DNA from: the human T2T-CHM13v2.0 reference genome, Homo sapiens
Length of the DNA stretch: 64,000 nt
NCBI RefSeq assembly: GCF_009914755.1
Contig: NC_060926.1
Direction: 5' to 3' (one strand)
Each line of letters opens with the position of its first letter. Positions within the stretch are counted from its first letter, which is position 1. This document shows, in pieces, positions 1 to 18,161 of the stretch. Both the position numbers and the translations under genes were made by a program. The notes under the pieces are model-generated. The model worked only from the letters and a program-made list of their open reading frames with translations, had not been told where the DNA came from and searched no databases.

Positions 1-790
1 CATCCTTGATTCCTTGCTTTCTTTCATACTCCACAATCCATCCTTTATTAAGTACTGTCAACTCTATATTCCAAGCATGATCACTTCTCATCAACTCTAC
101 TGCTATAATTCTAGCTCAAACTTCCATCCTATCTTACTCAGACCCATGCATCCTACATAGCAGGCAGAGTTATTTTTTCGAAGCAGAAATCTTATCATAA
201 CAGTTCATTGCACAAATCTCTGCTGGTTTCCCATTGAAATTCCAAGTGCCTTGCCATGTCCAACAAGGACTACTTAATGGGGTTCCTGCTAGCTCTCAGA
301 CCACATCCCATACCAGTCTTCCACCTTCTTTAGTCTCCAACCACTCTGATTTTTTGTATAACCCACAATTACAGAAAACTCTATCTCTTCTTGGTATATT
401 TGCATTTGCTATTTCCTTGGCTTGGATTGTCTCCCTACCGCCTCATCCCATCCCATACTATCATACCATTTCTTCTTTGCTTTATTCAAGTCTAAACACA
501 ATGCCAGATCTTTAGAGAAAACTCCATTAAGGAGCTAGGTAAACTAGAACATCCTTTCTTCCTTACCACTTCCTCTAGATGCTGTTTTGTTTTCTCTGTG
601 ATATTTAAAATTATTTGAAGTGATCTTGTTTGTTTCTTGATGTGTTTCTTTTCTGTGTATCTCCTTATTTAAATGTTGACTAACGTTGGAACAAAGACTA
701 CCTTATTTTTTTGCCCTATCGTAGGTACCTATCATATAATAGGTGATTAATACATATTTATTCAGTGAATTGTTCATTGTTGAATGAGTA
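1..790 (-). mobile_element. Degraded L2 LINE fragment
   Basis: Pyrimidine-rich L2-like text ending in a typical L2 3' end (gtgattaatacatattttattcagtgaattgttcattgttgaatgagtaaat); recognised by eye. Confidence 0.55.
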
Positions 791-1334
791 AATAGTTTAA
801 AGTCATGTGGGTCTTGCCTGTAACCCAGGGTTATTTTATATTATATATAACTTGATAAAATAGCCCAAGAGGGTGATGACTTAATAAACACAAGACTGCA
901 TGCATCATTTTCGTTTATGTAGAACAGGTAAATTGTCCCAGAATTCTACCAGTCTTAGTCTTTTATTCTTACATGCTCTTTGCCTCATTCTGATGAGATC
1001 TCTTATAAGACATTTAAACCTAAGCAAAAAGACAAGGAAGAATTATGTTTTACCTTCTGCCAGATTTACCTTCTGCCTAAAACAAACTAACAAACAAAAA
1101 AGGGCAAAAGAAAGAAAACTAAACAGAATCTATTCAAAATAGTTTTCAGTTTTTAAGACACTGGACATCAGGCATTGAAAGTGAGTAATCCTTAAGAGAT
1201 AGGAAACAAAAGAAGTCAGTCTTATAATTCTTCCAGTTTTACTGCCCAGGGAGTTTCTAGGCTGTGGCACAGGGAGAAACGAAAACACTTTTAAATAACA
1301 CATAGGGGAATTAAAACACCAAAAGGGAAAATAG

Positions 1335-1662
<328 letters not shown>

Positions 1663-1695
1663 TAAATAGGGCTTTTAAAAAATAATATATATTTA

Positions 1696-2057
<362 letters not shown>

Positions 2058-3074
2058 TTAGAAAAGAAAAAAGGTCTCAAATCAACCTCTGCTTCCACCT
2101 TATGAAACTAGAGAAGGAAGAGTGAATGAAATCTGAAGTTAGAGAATTAAGAAAATCAGAAGAGGAGGAAGAAAATAAAAGATATAGAAAGAGTAAAGTG
2201 GAAATAATAAAATAAAAGACAGAAAAATAGAGAAAATCAACGAAACCAAAGGTGGTTCTTAAAGATAGTCAAAAAAGTTGATAAAATTCCTGCCACACTG
2301 ATTAGGAAAAAAGAGAGAAGTCATGAATGACCAATATTTGTGAAAGAGAAATGTGACATCACTACAGAATTTACAAACAGCAAAAGGATGGCGAGGGAAT
2401 GTTATGAACAACATCATACCTATAAATGTAACAACTTATGTGAAATAGGCACATTTCTCAAAAGTCACAGACTATGAAAGCTTGCTTAAGAAAAAAATAG
2501 ATAACCTGAAAAACCTTCTATCAATTAAAGAAATAGAATATTTTGTTAAAAACATATCTAAAATGAAAAACTCCAGGCCAAGACAGCTTTGTTCACAGAT
2601 TCTTCCAAATATTTAAGAAAAATTAATACTGATTCTGCCCAAACTCTTACAGAAAGTTGAAGAAGGAATATTTTCCAACCCATTCACTAAGGACAACATT
2701 ATTCTCAGACTAAAAGTATACCAAGACATTACAAGAAAAAAATTATGAATCGATACTCCTCAAGAACATAGATGCAAAAATGCTAAAGCAAATTTTAGAA
2801 ATTAACTGTACCAACATACAAAAAAGGATAAAACATCAGGATGAAGTGAGGCTTATTCCAAGAATGCAATATGGGTTTAACATTCAAAAAATCAATTATT
2901 GAATGTTGATTAGCTACCATATTAATAAACTAAAAAAAGAAAACCCATGAGATCATGTAAATAGACGTACAAAAATTTTTGATGTTACAGTTATTATGTA
3001 ATAATAATTACATAAATTGTGAGATGTTAAAATAATGTATGCTTGGAAGAACTGTATGTGTTTATGTGTGTACA

Positions 3075-3420
3075 CGTACTTTTTTTCTGGAATCATTCAA
3101 GAATAAGATGCTTACCTCATGGTTCTTTGCCTTCAAATATTTCAGAGTCTATTTTCTTAGAGGTATTCTCCTTCATAACTACAGTATTGTTATCAGCATC
3201 AGTAAATTTAACATTGATATAATACTTTTACCTAATATATGATCCATATTCTAATTTCGCCAATGGACCCAATAATGTCTTTTATAAAACTTTTTCCTCT
3301 TCAGAACAGGGTTCTATAACAGTCCAGAACTGCATTTAGTTTTATCTCTTTAATCTCCTTTAATCTGGAATATTTCCACACTCTTTGTCTATTATCACAC
3401 CAATATTTTATTTTTAAATA
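3075..3420 (-). mobile_element. L1MC-type 3' fragment
   Basis: cagtaaatttaacattgatataatac..ccaataatgtctttta resembles L1MC4/5 3' end. Confidence 0.55.
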
Positions 3421-3427
3421 CATGACT

Positions 3428-4930
3428 GATGTCATTAAGATGGCGGGTTAGAAGCTAACCTGTTCATATACCCCCACAACAATAAGAATTCTGCATCCAT
3501 CCACAGTTAAAAGTCTTTGTGCAGGAGCCTCAGAATTCAGGTGGGAGTTGGTGAAGTCCTAGTAGAACTCAAGACCTACAAGAGGGTTGTTTTGAGAGTG
3601 CAGACCAACACCCAGTTGGCTGATCTGCCTTGCTGAGTTTGCTTCCAGGTTCAAACCTGGAAACAGTCGAGTCCCTCAAAGGGCTAGGCTACAGCCCTGT
3701 TTGGCATTGAGCTTGCAACCAAAACCATCTGTGAAAGGGTCCAGAAAGAACTATGCACACTACTACCTTGGTGGACAGGCTGGCTACCCATTGATATTGG
3801 TTTCCACAGTGAACCTGAAAGTTTCCTTGTGGGCTGCTCCAGCTCTCCTCAGCTGAGGTCCCAGCTCAGAGATGCTCTGCCTTACAGCAGATGCTAAGAG
3901 GCCCCAGTCTCAGCTCCGGCCCCTCTTGTTGTAGTCAGGGAGCTATCCCATCTGTGCTGAGACCTGCTGGAAGACATGTACCCATCTGGGCAAACAAGAT
4001 GGGCTCTCTAGCCTTTGTTTCTTAGCAGATGCTGGAGAGGTGAGGGGAGGGCAGTCTCAATTCCAGCCCCTCCTGCTAAAATTGGTGGGCTATTCTTCTA
4101 TGTGGGAACTTACTGGATGACATGCACCCATCAAAGCCAAGACTGGGCTCTCCAGCCTTTGTCCCACAGCAGATCTCAAGGGGGCCAAGTCTTAGTACTA
4201 GCCCTTCCTGCTGCAGTTGGGGCACTATCCCATTTGTATGGGGACCTGCTAGGAGATTCATACCTATCCAAGCAAATATGATAGTCTTGTCAAGCTTCAT
4301 CCCACAGCAGGTCCCAGAAGGCTCAGTCTCAGCTCTGGCCCTTTCTGTACCAGTTAAGGAGCTATCTGACTTGTGCAGAGACCTTATGGTGATACATGCC
4401 CACCTGTGTCAGACAAGCACAACAGCCTCTTTCCCACAGCAAATCCCAATGGGGCCCAGTCTCAAATGCAGCTCCTCTCACTGGAAATGGGGACCCATCC
4501 CACCTATGCAGAGAACTGCTGGGAAGCATGCTCATCTGGGACACTGGGACACTCTTGTTGACTCAGGTCCTTGGCCAGTGTTCCTACATAGTCCCAATAT
4601 CCCCCTTATGTCTTCCCCAGGATCATTTGGGCTAGAAAGTTGCATCAACCTCAGAGCCTCAACACTCATGGTAAGCCTAGCCTTATAGTATCCCCTTGTG
4701 CTGAGATGGCTGCAGTGATCACAGACTCAGGTAACACAGTAGTGAGTTAGCTTACAATCCCTGGAAGGCCCTGTGAAGAAGGATAGGCACAAACAAAACC
4801 AGACTGCAAAGCTAAAATAAATATCTGATTACTCATTATGCAGGCATTGTCACACTTCTGAAGGACCAAGAATGTTCAGGGAAATACAACCTCAAAATAA
4901 GATGCCAAAGAACAACCTAAAGTTGTGAAG
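3428..4930 (+). mobile_element. Ancient L1M/L1MA 5'UTR with tandem ~138-bp monomers and start of ORF1 region
   Basis: Starts gatgtcattaagatggcgg (YY1-type L1 5' start); five degenerate monomers ~3880-4545; ends in L1M ORF1-start-like sequence (ccagactgcaaagctaaaataaata). Confidence 0.65.
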
Positions 4931-5404
4931 GTTTATAATAAAGTCAATATATTTTAATACCTTCCCTATTAATTAAAAGCATTATTTTAGCAATAATGGA
5001 GATAGATTTCCTGAGTCTAAGTTTACCATTTTCTATCTCCCTTCTATTCTTTGTCTTAATAGTATTAGAAAGCTTTAAAGTTATTTTCTCTTATAAAATA
5101 ATTTGTGTTGATTGTAAAAAGGAATTAAAACAATGAGACAGACATAAATAAGCAAAACAACCAAACCAAAACCCAAAAAACTCCTGAATTTTCACCAACC
5201 AGTTATTACTCCCTATGAACATTTTGGTGTATCAGTTTCATAACTGGATATTGTGCTGAAGATTTAGAGGAAATAACCTATTGACTAGAAAAACTGTGTT
5301 TTTTTTCCCCTCTGTTTTAACAAAAGAAGGTCCTTTGGCCAAATCTTGGGGCAGAGGGGATGGATGTAAGGGTGTGGTGGGAATGACTTGTCCATGAGGA
5401 ATTC

Positions 5405-6962
5405 AAGGTGCACCTAACAGACGAACAGTCAGATTTATAAAATAAGTTCTTAGAGACCTATGAAGAGACTTAGATAACCACATAATAATAGTGGGAGTCT
5501 TCAACACCCCACTGACAGTATCAGACAGATGACTGAGGCAGAAAACTAACATAGATATTTGGGACCTGAACTCAACACTTGACCAAGTGTACACAATAGA
5601 CACCCTCAGAACTCTTCATCCCAGAACAACAGTAAATACATTCTTCTTATCTGCACATGGCACATACTCCAAAATTGACCACAAAATTGGCCAGAAAATA
5701 ATTCTCAGCAAATTAAAAAAAAAAAACCAAATCATATTAACAATGCTCTCAGACTACAGTGCAATAAATATAGAAATAAATACCAAGAAGGTCACACAAA
5801 ATCACACAATTACATTCCGAAGTCCGCCTAAAGGACTTCTGGGTAAATAATAAAATTAAGGCAGAAACCAATAAATTCTTTGACCCTAATGAGAACAAAG
5901 ATACAACATGCCAGAATCTCTGGGACACAGATAAGCAGTGTTAAAAGTTTATAGTGTTAAATGCTGACATCAAAAGTTTAAAAAGATCTAAAATTAACAA
6001 TATGATATCACAATTAGAGGAACTAGAGAAACAAGAGCAAACCAACCCCAAAGCTATCAAAAGACAAGAAATAACCAAAACCAGAGCTGTACTGCATGAA
6101 ATTTAGATGCAAAAAGCCATACAGAAAGATCGACAAAACCAGAAGCTGGTACTTTGAAAGATTAAATAAGACTGATAGGCCAGGTGCAGTGGCTCATGCT
6201 TGCAGTCCTAGCATTTTGGGAGGCTGAAGAGGGAGGATCACTTGAGGCCAGTAGTTTAAGACCAGCCTGGCCAACATGGTGAAACTCCATCTCTACTAAA
6301 AAATACAAAAAAATTTAGCTGGGCTTGGTGGTGCACACCTGTAATCCCAGCTAGCAGGAGGCTGAGGCACGAGAATTGCTTGAACATGGGAGGTGGAGGT
6401 TGCAGTGAGCCGAGATCGCACCCCTGAACTCCAGCCTGGGTGACAGGCCAAGACTTTTTCTAAAAAAAAAAAAAAAAAAAAAAAGGCTAGACTAATAAAG
6501 AAAAAAAAAAGGAGAGAAAATCCAGATAAACACAATCAGAAATGACAAAGGGCACATTACCATTGACCCCACAGAAATAAAAAAACTCCTCAGAGACTAC
6601 TATGAACACTGCTATGCACACATACTGGAAAACTAGAAGAAATAGATAAATTTCTGGAAACATGACCTCTCAAGATTAACCAGAAAGACAGTGAAAATCT
6701 GAACAGACCAGTAACAAGCTTGAAAGTTGAGTAATAAGAAGCCTGCCAATCAGAAAAAGCCCAGGATCAGACAGATTCATAGCTGAATTCTATCAGACAT
6801 GTAAAAAAGAACTGGTACCATTCCTACTAAAACTATTCCAAAAAATTGAGGAGGAGGGACTCCTCCCTAACTTATTCTATGAGGCCAGCATCATCCTGAT
6901 GCCAAAATCTGGCAGATTTTATATATATTTCATATATATATACATAGGAAAACTTCAGGCCA
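5405..6962 (+). mobile_element. Older primate L1 (L1PA15/16-L1PB class), 5' part of ORF2 remnant
   Basis: EN-domain-like translation (LRTLHPRTT..FFLSAHGTYSKIDH); resumes at 13160 after the nested young L1. Confidence 0.88.
6178..6484 (+). mobile_element. AluS-type element inside the older L1
   Basis: Dimeric Alu with tactaaaaaatacaaaaaaa linker and A tail. Confidence 0.93.
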
Positions 6963-8000
6963 GAGGGGGAGGAGCCAAGATGGCCGAATAGGAAGAGCTG
7001 CAGTCTACAGCTCCCAACGTGAGTGATGGAGAAGACGGGTGATTTCTGCATTTCCATCTGAGATACTGGGTTCATCTCACTAGGCAGTGCCAGACAGTGG
7101 GTGCAGGACAGTAGGTGCAGCGCACCGTGCGCCAGCCGAAGCAGGGCGAGGCATTGCCTCACTTGGGAAGCAAAAGGGATCAGGGAGTTCCCTTTCCTGA
7201 TCAAGGAAAGGGGTGACAGACGGCACCTGGAAAATCGGGCCACTCCCACCTGAATACTGCGCTTTTCCGATGGGCTTAGGAAAAGGCACACCAGGAGATT
7301 ATAACCCACACCTGGATCAGAGGGTCCTACACCGACGGAGTCTCGCTGATTGCTAGCACAGCAGTCTGAGATCAAACTGCAAGGTGGCAGCGAGGCTGGG
7401 AGAGGGGTGCCCGCCTTTGCCCAGGATCACTTAGGTAAACAAAGCAGCCAGGAAGCTCGAACTGGGTGGAGCCCACCACAGGTCAAGGAGGCCTGCCTGC
7501 CTCTGTAGGCTCCACCTCTGGGGGCAGGGCACAGACAAACAAAAAGACAGCAGTAACCTCTGCAGACTTAAATGTCCCTGTCTGACAGCTTTGAGGAGAG
7601 CAGTGGTTCTCCCAGCACACAGCTGGAGATCTGAGAATGGGCAGACTGCCTCCTCAAGTGGGTCCCTGACCCCTGACACCCGAGCAGCCTAACTGGGAGG
7701 CACCCCCCAGTAGGGGCAGACTGACACCTCACACGGCTGGGTACTCCTCTGTGACAAAACTTCCAGAGAAACGATCAGACAGCAGCATTCGCAGATCACG
7801 AAATTCCGCTGTTCTGCAGACACCGCTGCTGATACCCAGGCAAACAGGGTCTGGAGTGGACCTCTAGCAAACTCCAACAGACCTGCAGCTGAGGGTCCTG
7901 TCTGTTAGAAGGAAAACTAACAAACAGAAAGGACATCCACACCAAAAACCCATCTGTACATCACCATCGTCAAAGACCAAAAGTAGATAAAACCACAAAG
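6963..8000 (+). promoter_or_regulatory. L1 5'UTR sense/antisense promoter region with YY1 site and the ~129-bp ZNF93-target segment
   Basis: aagatggc YY1 motif near 6977; segment ~7745-7873 that is absent from L1HS/L1PA2; locally high CpG. Confidence 0.8.
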
Positions 8001-9013
8001 ATGGGGAAAAAACAGAGCAGAAAAACTGGAAACTCTAAAAAGCAGAGCGCCTCTCCACCTCCAAAGGAACGCAGTTCCTCACCAGCAATGGAACAAAGCT
8101 GGACAGAGAATGACTTTGACTAGTTGAGAGAAGAAGGCTTCAGATGATCAAACTACTCCGAGCTACAGGAGGAAATTCAAACCAAAGGCAAAGAAGTTGA
8201 AAACTTTGAAAAAAATTTAGACGAATGTATAACTAGAATAACCAATACAGAGAAGTGCTTAAAGGAGCTGATGGAGCTGAAAGCCAAGGCTTGAGAACTA
8301 CGTGAAGAATGAAGAAGACTCAGGAGCCAATGCGATCAACTGGAAGAAAGGGTATCACCTATGGAAAATGAAATGAATGAAATGAAGCGAGAAGGGAAAT
8401 TTAGAGAAAAAAGAATAAAAACAAATGAGCAAAGCCTCCAAGAAATATGGGACTATGTGAAAAGACCAAATCTACATCTCACTGGAGTACCTGAAAGTGA
8501 TGGGGAGAATGGAACCAAGTTGGAAAACACTCTGCAGGATATTATTCAGGAGAACTTCCCCAGTGTAGCAAGGCAGGCCAACATTCAGATTCAGGAAATA
8601 CAGAGAACACCACAAAGATACTCCTCGAGAAGAGCAACTCCAAGACACATAATTGTCAGATTCACCAAAGTTGAAATGAAGGAAAAAATGTTAAGGGCAG
8701 CCAGACAGAAAGGTCGGGTTACCCGCAAAGGGAAGCCCATCAGACTAACAGCGGATCTCTCGGCAGAAACTCTACAAGTCAGAAGAGAGTGGGGGCCAAT
8801 ATTAAACATTCTTAAAGAAAAGAACTTTCAACCCAGAATTTCATATCCAGCCAAAGCTTCCTAAGTGAAGGAGAAATAAAATACTTTACAGACAAGCAAA
8901 TGTGGAGAGATTTTGTCACCACCAGGCCTGCCCTAAAAGAGCTCCTGAAGGAAGCGCTAAACATGGAAAGGCACAACCGGTACCAGCCACTGCAAAATCA
9001 TGCCAAAATGTAA
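8001..9013 (+). pseudogene. Disrupted L1 ORF1p
   Basis: ATG GGG AAA AAA CAG at 8001; in-frame TAG at 8121; ORF 8361-8864 matches ORF1p; frameshift near 8853; terminal TAA 9011-9013. Confidence 0.93.
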
Positions 9014-9061
9014 AGATCATTGAGACTAGGAAGAAACTGCATCAACTAACGAGCAAAATAA

Positions 9062-12898
<3,837 letters not shown>

Positions 12899-13097
12899 AC
12901 AATGAGAACACATGGACACAGGAAGGGGAATATCACACTCTGGGGACTGTTGTGGGGTGGGGGGAGGGGGGAGGGATAGCATTAGGAGATATACCTAATG
13001 CTAAATGACGAGTTACTGGGTTCAGCACACCAGCATGGCACATGTATACATATGTAACTAACCTGCACATTGTGCACATGTACCCGAAAACTTAAAG

Positions 13098-13098
<1 letters not shown>

Positions 13099-13137
<39 letters not shown>
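13099..13137. repeat. (AAT)n microsatellite in L1 tail
   Basis: ~13 perfect trinucleotide units. Confidence 0.95.
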
Positions 13138-13144
<7 letters not shown>

Positions 13145-13159
13145 GAAAACTTCAGGCCA

Positions 13160-15592
13160 ATATCCTTGATGAATATAGATGCAAAAATCCTCAACAAAAT
13201 GCTAGGAAAATGAATCCAGCAGCACACCAAAACAGCTATTCCACCATGATCAAATAGGCTTTATCCATGGGGTGCAAGGTTGGTTCAACACATGCAAATC
13301 AATAAATGTGATCTATCACATAAACAGAACTAAAAACAAAAACCACACGATCATCTCAACAGATGCTGATAAGGCTTTTAATAAAATATAACATCCCTTC
13401 ATTTTAAAAACCTTCAAGAAACTAGGCATTAAAGGAACATACTCAAAATAATAAGAGCCATCTATGACAAACCCACAGCTTACATCATAGTGAACAGGCA
13501 AAAGCTAGAAGCATTCCTCTTTAGAACCAGAAGAAGACAAGGATGCCCACTCTCACCACTCCTATTCGACATAGTACTGGAAGTCCTAGTCAGAGCAATC
13601 AGGAAAGAGAAAAAAATTAAAGATATTCAAATAGGAAGAGAGTAAGTCAAACTATCTTTCTCTGCAAGTGGTATGATTGTATAACTATGAAATCCCATAG
13701 TCTCCGCCCAAAAGATCCATGAGCTGATGAACCTCAGCAAAGTTTTAGGATACAAAATCAATGTACAAAAATAAGCATTTCTATACACCAACAATGTCCA
13801 TGCTAAGAGCCAAATCAATAATGCAGTCTCGTTCACAATAGCCACACACACACAAATACAATACCTAGGAACACAGCTAACCAGGGAAGTGAAAGTTCTC
13901 AACAACAAAAATTACAAAGCACTGCTGTATCAGGAATGACACAAACACATGGAAAAACATTCCATGCTCATGGATAGGAAGAACAAATATTGTTGAAATG
14001 GCCATACTGCCTAAGGCAATCTACAATTCAATACTATTGCTATCAAGCTATCAATGATATTCTTCACAGAATTAGAAAAAACTATTCTAAAATTCATATG
14101 GAACAACAACAACAACAAAAAAGCTCAAATAGCCAAAGCAATCCTAAGCAAAAAGATCAAGGTTGGAAGTATCACATTACCTGACTTCAATCTGTACTGT
14201 AAGGCTACAGTAACAAAAACAGTATGTTACTGGTACAAAAACAGACACATAGACCAATGGAACAGCACAGAGAGCCCAGAAATAAAGCCACAAACCTAAA
14301 ACCATCTGATCTTTGACAAGTCAACAAAAGCAATAGGGAAAGGACTTCTTAGTCAATAAATGGTACTATATTAACTGCCTAGCTATATACAGAAAACTGA
14401 AACTGGATGCCTTTTTTACATCATATACAAAAATCAATTCAAGATGGATTAAAGACTTGAGTTTATAAAGTCAAACTATAAAAATCATTGAATAAAACCT
14501 AAGAAATGCCATTCTGAACATAGGCCCTGGCAAAGATTTCATGACAAAAATGCCAAAAGCAATTGCAACAAAAACGAAAATTGACAAGTTGGACCTAATT
14601 TAAACTAAAGAGCTTCTGCACAGCAAAAGAAACTATCAACAAACAATCCATAGAATGGGAGAACATATGTTTAAATTATGCATCTGAGAAAGGTATAATA
14701 TCCAAAATCTACAAGAAACTTAAAAAAATTAATAAGCAAAAACCAAGCAATCCTATTAAAAAGTGAGCAAAGGACACGAACAGACACTTTCAAAAGAAGA
14801 CATACAAATGGCCAATAAGCATATGAAAAATGCTCAGCATTACTAATCACTAGAGAAATGCAAATCAAAACCACAATGAGATGCCATCTCACACCAGTCA
14901 GAATGGCTAGTATTAAAAAGTCAAAAAAAATAACAGATGCTGGCAAGGTTGTGAAGAAAAGGGAAGGAATGCTTGTACACTATTGGTGGGAATGTAAATT
15001 ATTTCAGCCACTGTGGAACGCAATTTGGAGATTTCTCAAAGAACTTAAAACAGAACTACCATTTGGGTACATGTCCCATTACTGGCTATATATCTAAAGG
15101 AGTTTATATTGTTCTATCATAAAGACACATGCATGTGTATGTTCATTGCAGCATTATTCACAATAGCAGAGACATGGAATCAATCTAAATGCCCATCGGT
15201 GGTAGACTGGATAAAAAAAATTGTAGTACATATATACCATGGAATACCATGCCGATCCTATCCTTTGCAGCAACATGAGTGGAGCTGGAGGCCACTATCC
15301 TGAGTGAACTAACACAGGAATAGAAAACTAAATACTGCATGTTCTCATTTACAAGTGGGAGCTAAACATTGAGTATACATGGACGCAAAGAGTAGAAAAA
15401 TAGACACTGGAGCCTACCTGAGGGTGGAGGTTGGGAGGAGGGTGAGGATCAAAAAAGTACATATTGGGTACTATACTTATTTCCTGTGTCATGGAATAAT
15501 CTGTACATTAAACCCTTGTGGCATGCAATTTACCTATATAACAAACCTGCACATGTACCCCTGAAAGAAAAATAAAAGTTGAAAAAAGAAAA
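13160..15592 (+). mobile_element. 3' part of the older primate L1 (L1PA15/16-like)
   Basis: Continues ORF2 (atatccttgatgaatatagatgcaaaaatcc) where 6962 stopped; ends acaaacctgcacatgtacccctg..aataaaagttg. Confidence 0.9.
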
Positions 15593-15624
15593 ATAACAAT
15601 TATGATATGATTATTGTCTCATAA

Positions 15625-15725
15625 ATAAAATCAGAGGGGTTAAGTGGCTTGCCCAAGGACATGGAAGTTGCCAATGCAGAGTAAAGACACCATCCTGGGA
15701 CTGAACTTCAAGATCAGTGCTTTTT
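15625..15725 (-). mobile_element. MIR fragment
   Basis: cagaggggttaagtggcttgcccaagg MIR core. Confidence 0.55.
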
Positions 15726-16191
15726 GTTTCTTTAAAATCGTCAAGGAAAGACTGGCCCTGACTTTATCTGTTCCCTACAAATAATTACCAAATTAAAATT
15801 GGGCAGAGACAACAAAGGAGACTAAACAAACTTTTCTTGGCTACCTTTTATTGCTTTGGGTTTCCTTTTCTTTTTCAGTGCTTAATGAAACTGAGAGTAA
15901 GGTCATGGAAGGAATGGGGGAGGTCTCCAGCATGAGGCATTTAGAAGGCAGAAGTTACAGAAGGATCATTTGTGTGTCCCCATCTAGTGGGAGGGAGAGC
16001 CCTGGGCAAGGTATGTAGGGAAGGAGGATGGGCCCTTATGGCTAAGGGCCCTTATGGATAAGGATAGGCCCTTATGGACTACAGATGGACCAATATGTAA
16101 TTTATGACCAAAAATTATTTTTAAATTGTTAGTTCAGCTAGAATCCAGGTTACATCCCTGAGGCTTGTGTGTATGCATGGAGTATTTCTTA

Positions 16192-16570
<379 letters not shown>

Positions 16571-17497
16571 TTACACAGAGATTAGGTAAGCAGGTAACCA
16601 AATCAATAGTTGCTTTACTTTCCATAATCAGATAGTCAAGTAAGTTGAATGGAAAAAACTCAGTCAATCATATAGAATAACAACAACAAAATCAGTATTG
16701 GATTCAAGAAAAGTTCTTTTTTGAGAACAGTTGGGCTAAGATAGCTTAAAAGAGCTGAGGAGTTAGAGGTAAAAAGATAAGAAGTATTGATTTCAAAATT
16801 TTTTGGCCAAATTGTTTTGGTCTGGTCATTTATCCAGAGGGCAACTGTTTATTTTTACAGAGGTTTCTGGGGAACAGGATGTTGAAGGGATCAGGGTAAT
16901 GGAAATAAATCATTATTTTTTTGTGTTTTCCAAGGAATATAATATAGCATGCATGGACTTCCTCTCCTGAGAGTGTAGCATCATGGCAAGAATTTGCCAA
17001 GTAACTCTAATTTTGCCACATAATTCACCGACTTAAACATATCATCCCACATCAGATCCTCCAAAGTAACCTAAAGGATTTACAGCTTTTTCTGTCTGAG
17101 GGATTTAAAGTATTTTCTGACCTGAATTCCTAGTCTATTGAGGATTACTTTGATGATTTCTTAAAAGTAGGATTTGTGTGCCTAAAAATCCACAAGATTT
17201 CAAGAGAGCTAACAAATTCTCTGGGCCCTCTTAATTACAGAGTGCCCAGGTGCTTTGCTGGCAGAGCCAGCAATCATACAAATATTAAATTAGAATCTTA
17301 TCAGAGAAACACAGAAAAGGAACTAGTGAAATTAAGACTTTAGCCAAAAATACTCAATGAAATTATAATGCTGGCATCAAGAAAAGCATTTTGTCCTTAA
17401 GTGTTTAGAATTTTGTCTGTATAGACACCAACCAAAGGAGTTTGTCAACATAGCTTGTCTTCATAGCTCTAATATAAAGCTCAGGTTAGTGAAATAG

Positions 17498-17790
<293 letters not shown>

Positions 17791-18161
17791 CCTATCACCT
17801 TTTCAATTTTGTTGTTTTTGAAGTATTTATGAAATAAAAATCCATAATATATGGAGATGGTTGGAAAATTAAAAAGTACCATAAACTTAAAATGAAAAAT
17901 AAGTCCCAGACCCTTCATGTCTTTCTACCCAAAGACAATTTTTTGACTTTTTTTTAGTGGTTTCTTCTATTCTCAAGTCCTTATTTCTAAATCAGAAACA
18001 TACTTATTTTCTCAAGTTATTAATTTTAGGCATTTGTCTCCCTTATACCACCTTACTCCTCCTCCTACCATTGCCTATTATATGTCAGTATTTTTTAAAT
18101 TGTCTATACCTAGTATAAATTCATTATAACTATAAACATACTATTTATTGTGGGCCAAAAT

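Noticed and set aside
3880-4545. CRISPR-like repeat-spacer array
   Set aside because: Similarity extends over whole units with no unique spacers; mammalian DNA and no cas genes
4015-4688. 188-aa ORF and overlapping ORFs as a gene
   Set aside because: They lie in the degenerate L1 5'UTR monomer array; no recognisable protein family
12940-12976. G-quadruplex-forming G tract
   Set aside because: Standard L1PA 3'UTR feature
15977-15991. CTCF-like CCACTAGATGGGGA on minus strand
   Set aside because: Lacks the conserved C of the GGC end; too weak without data
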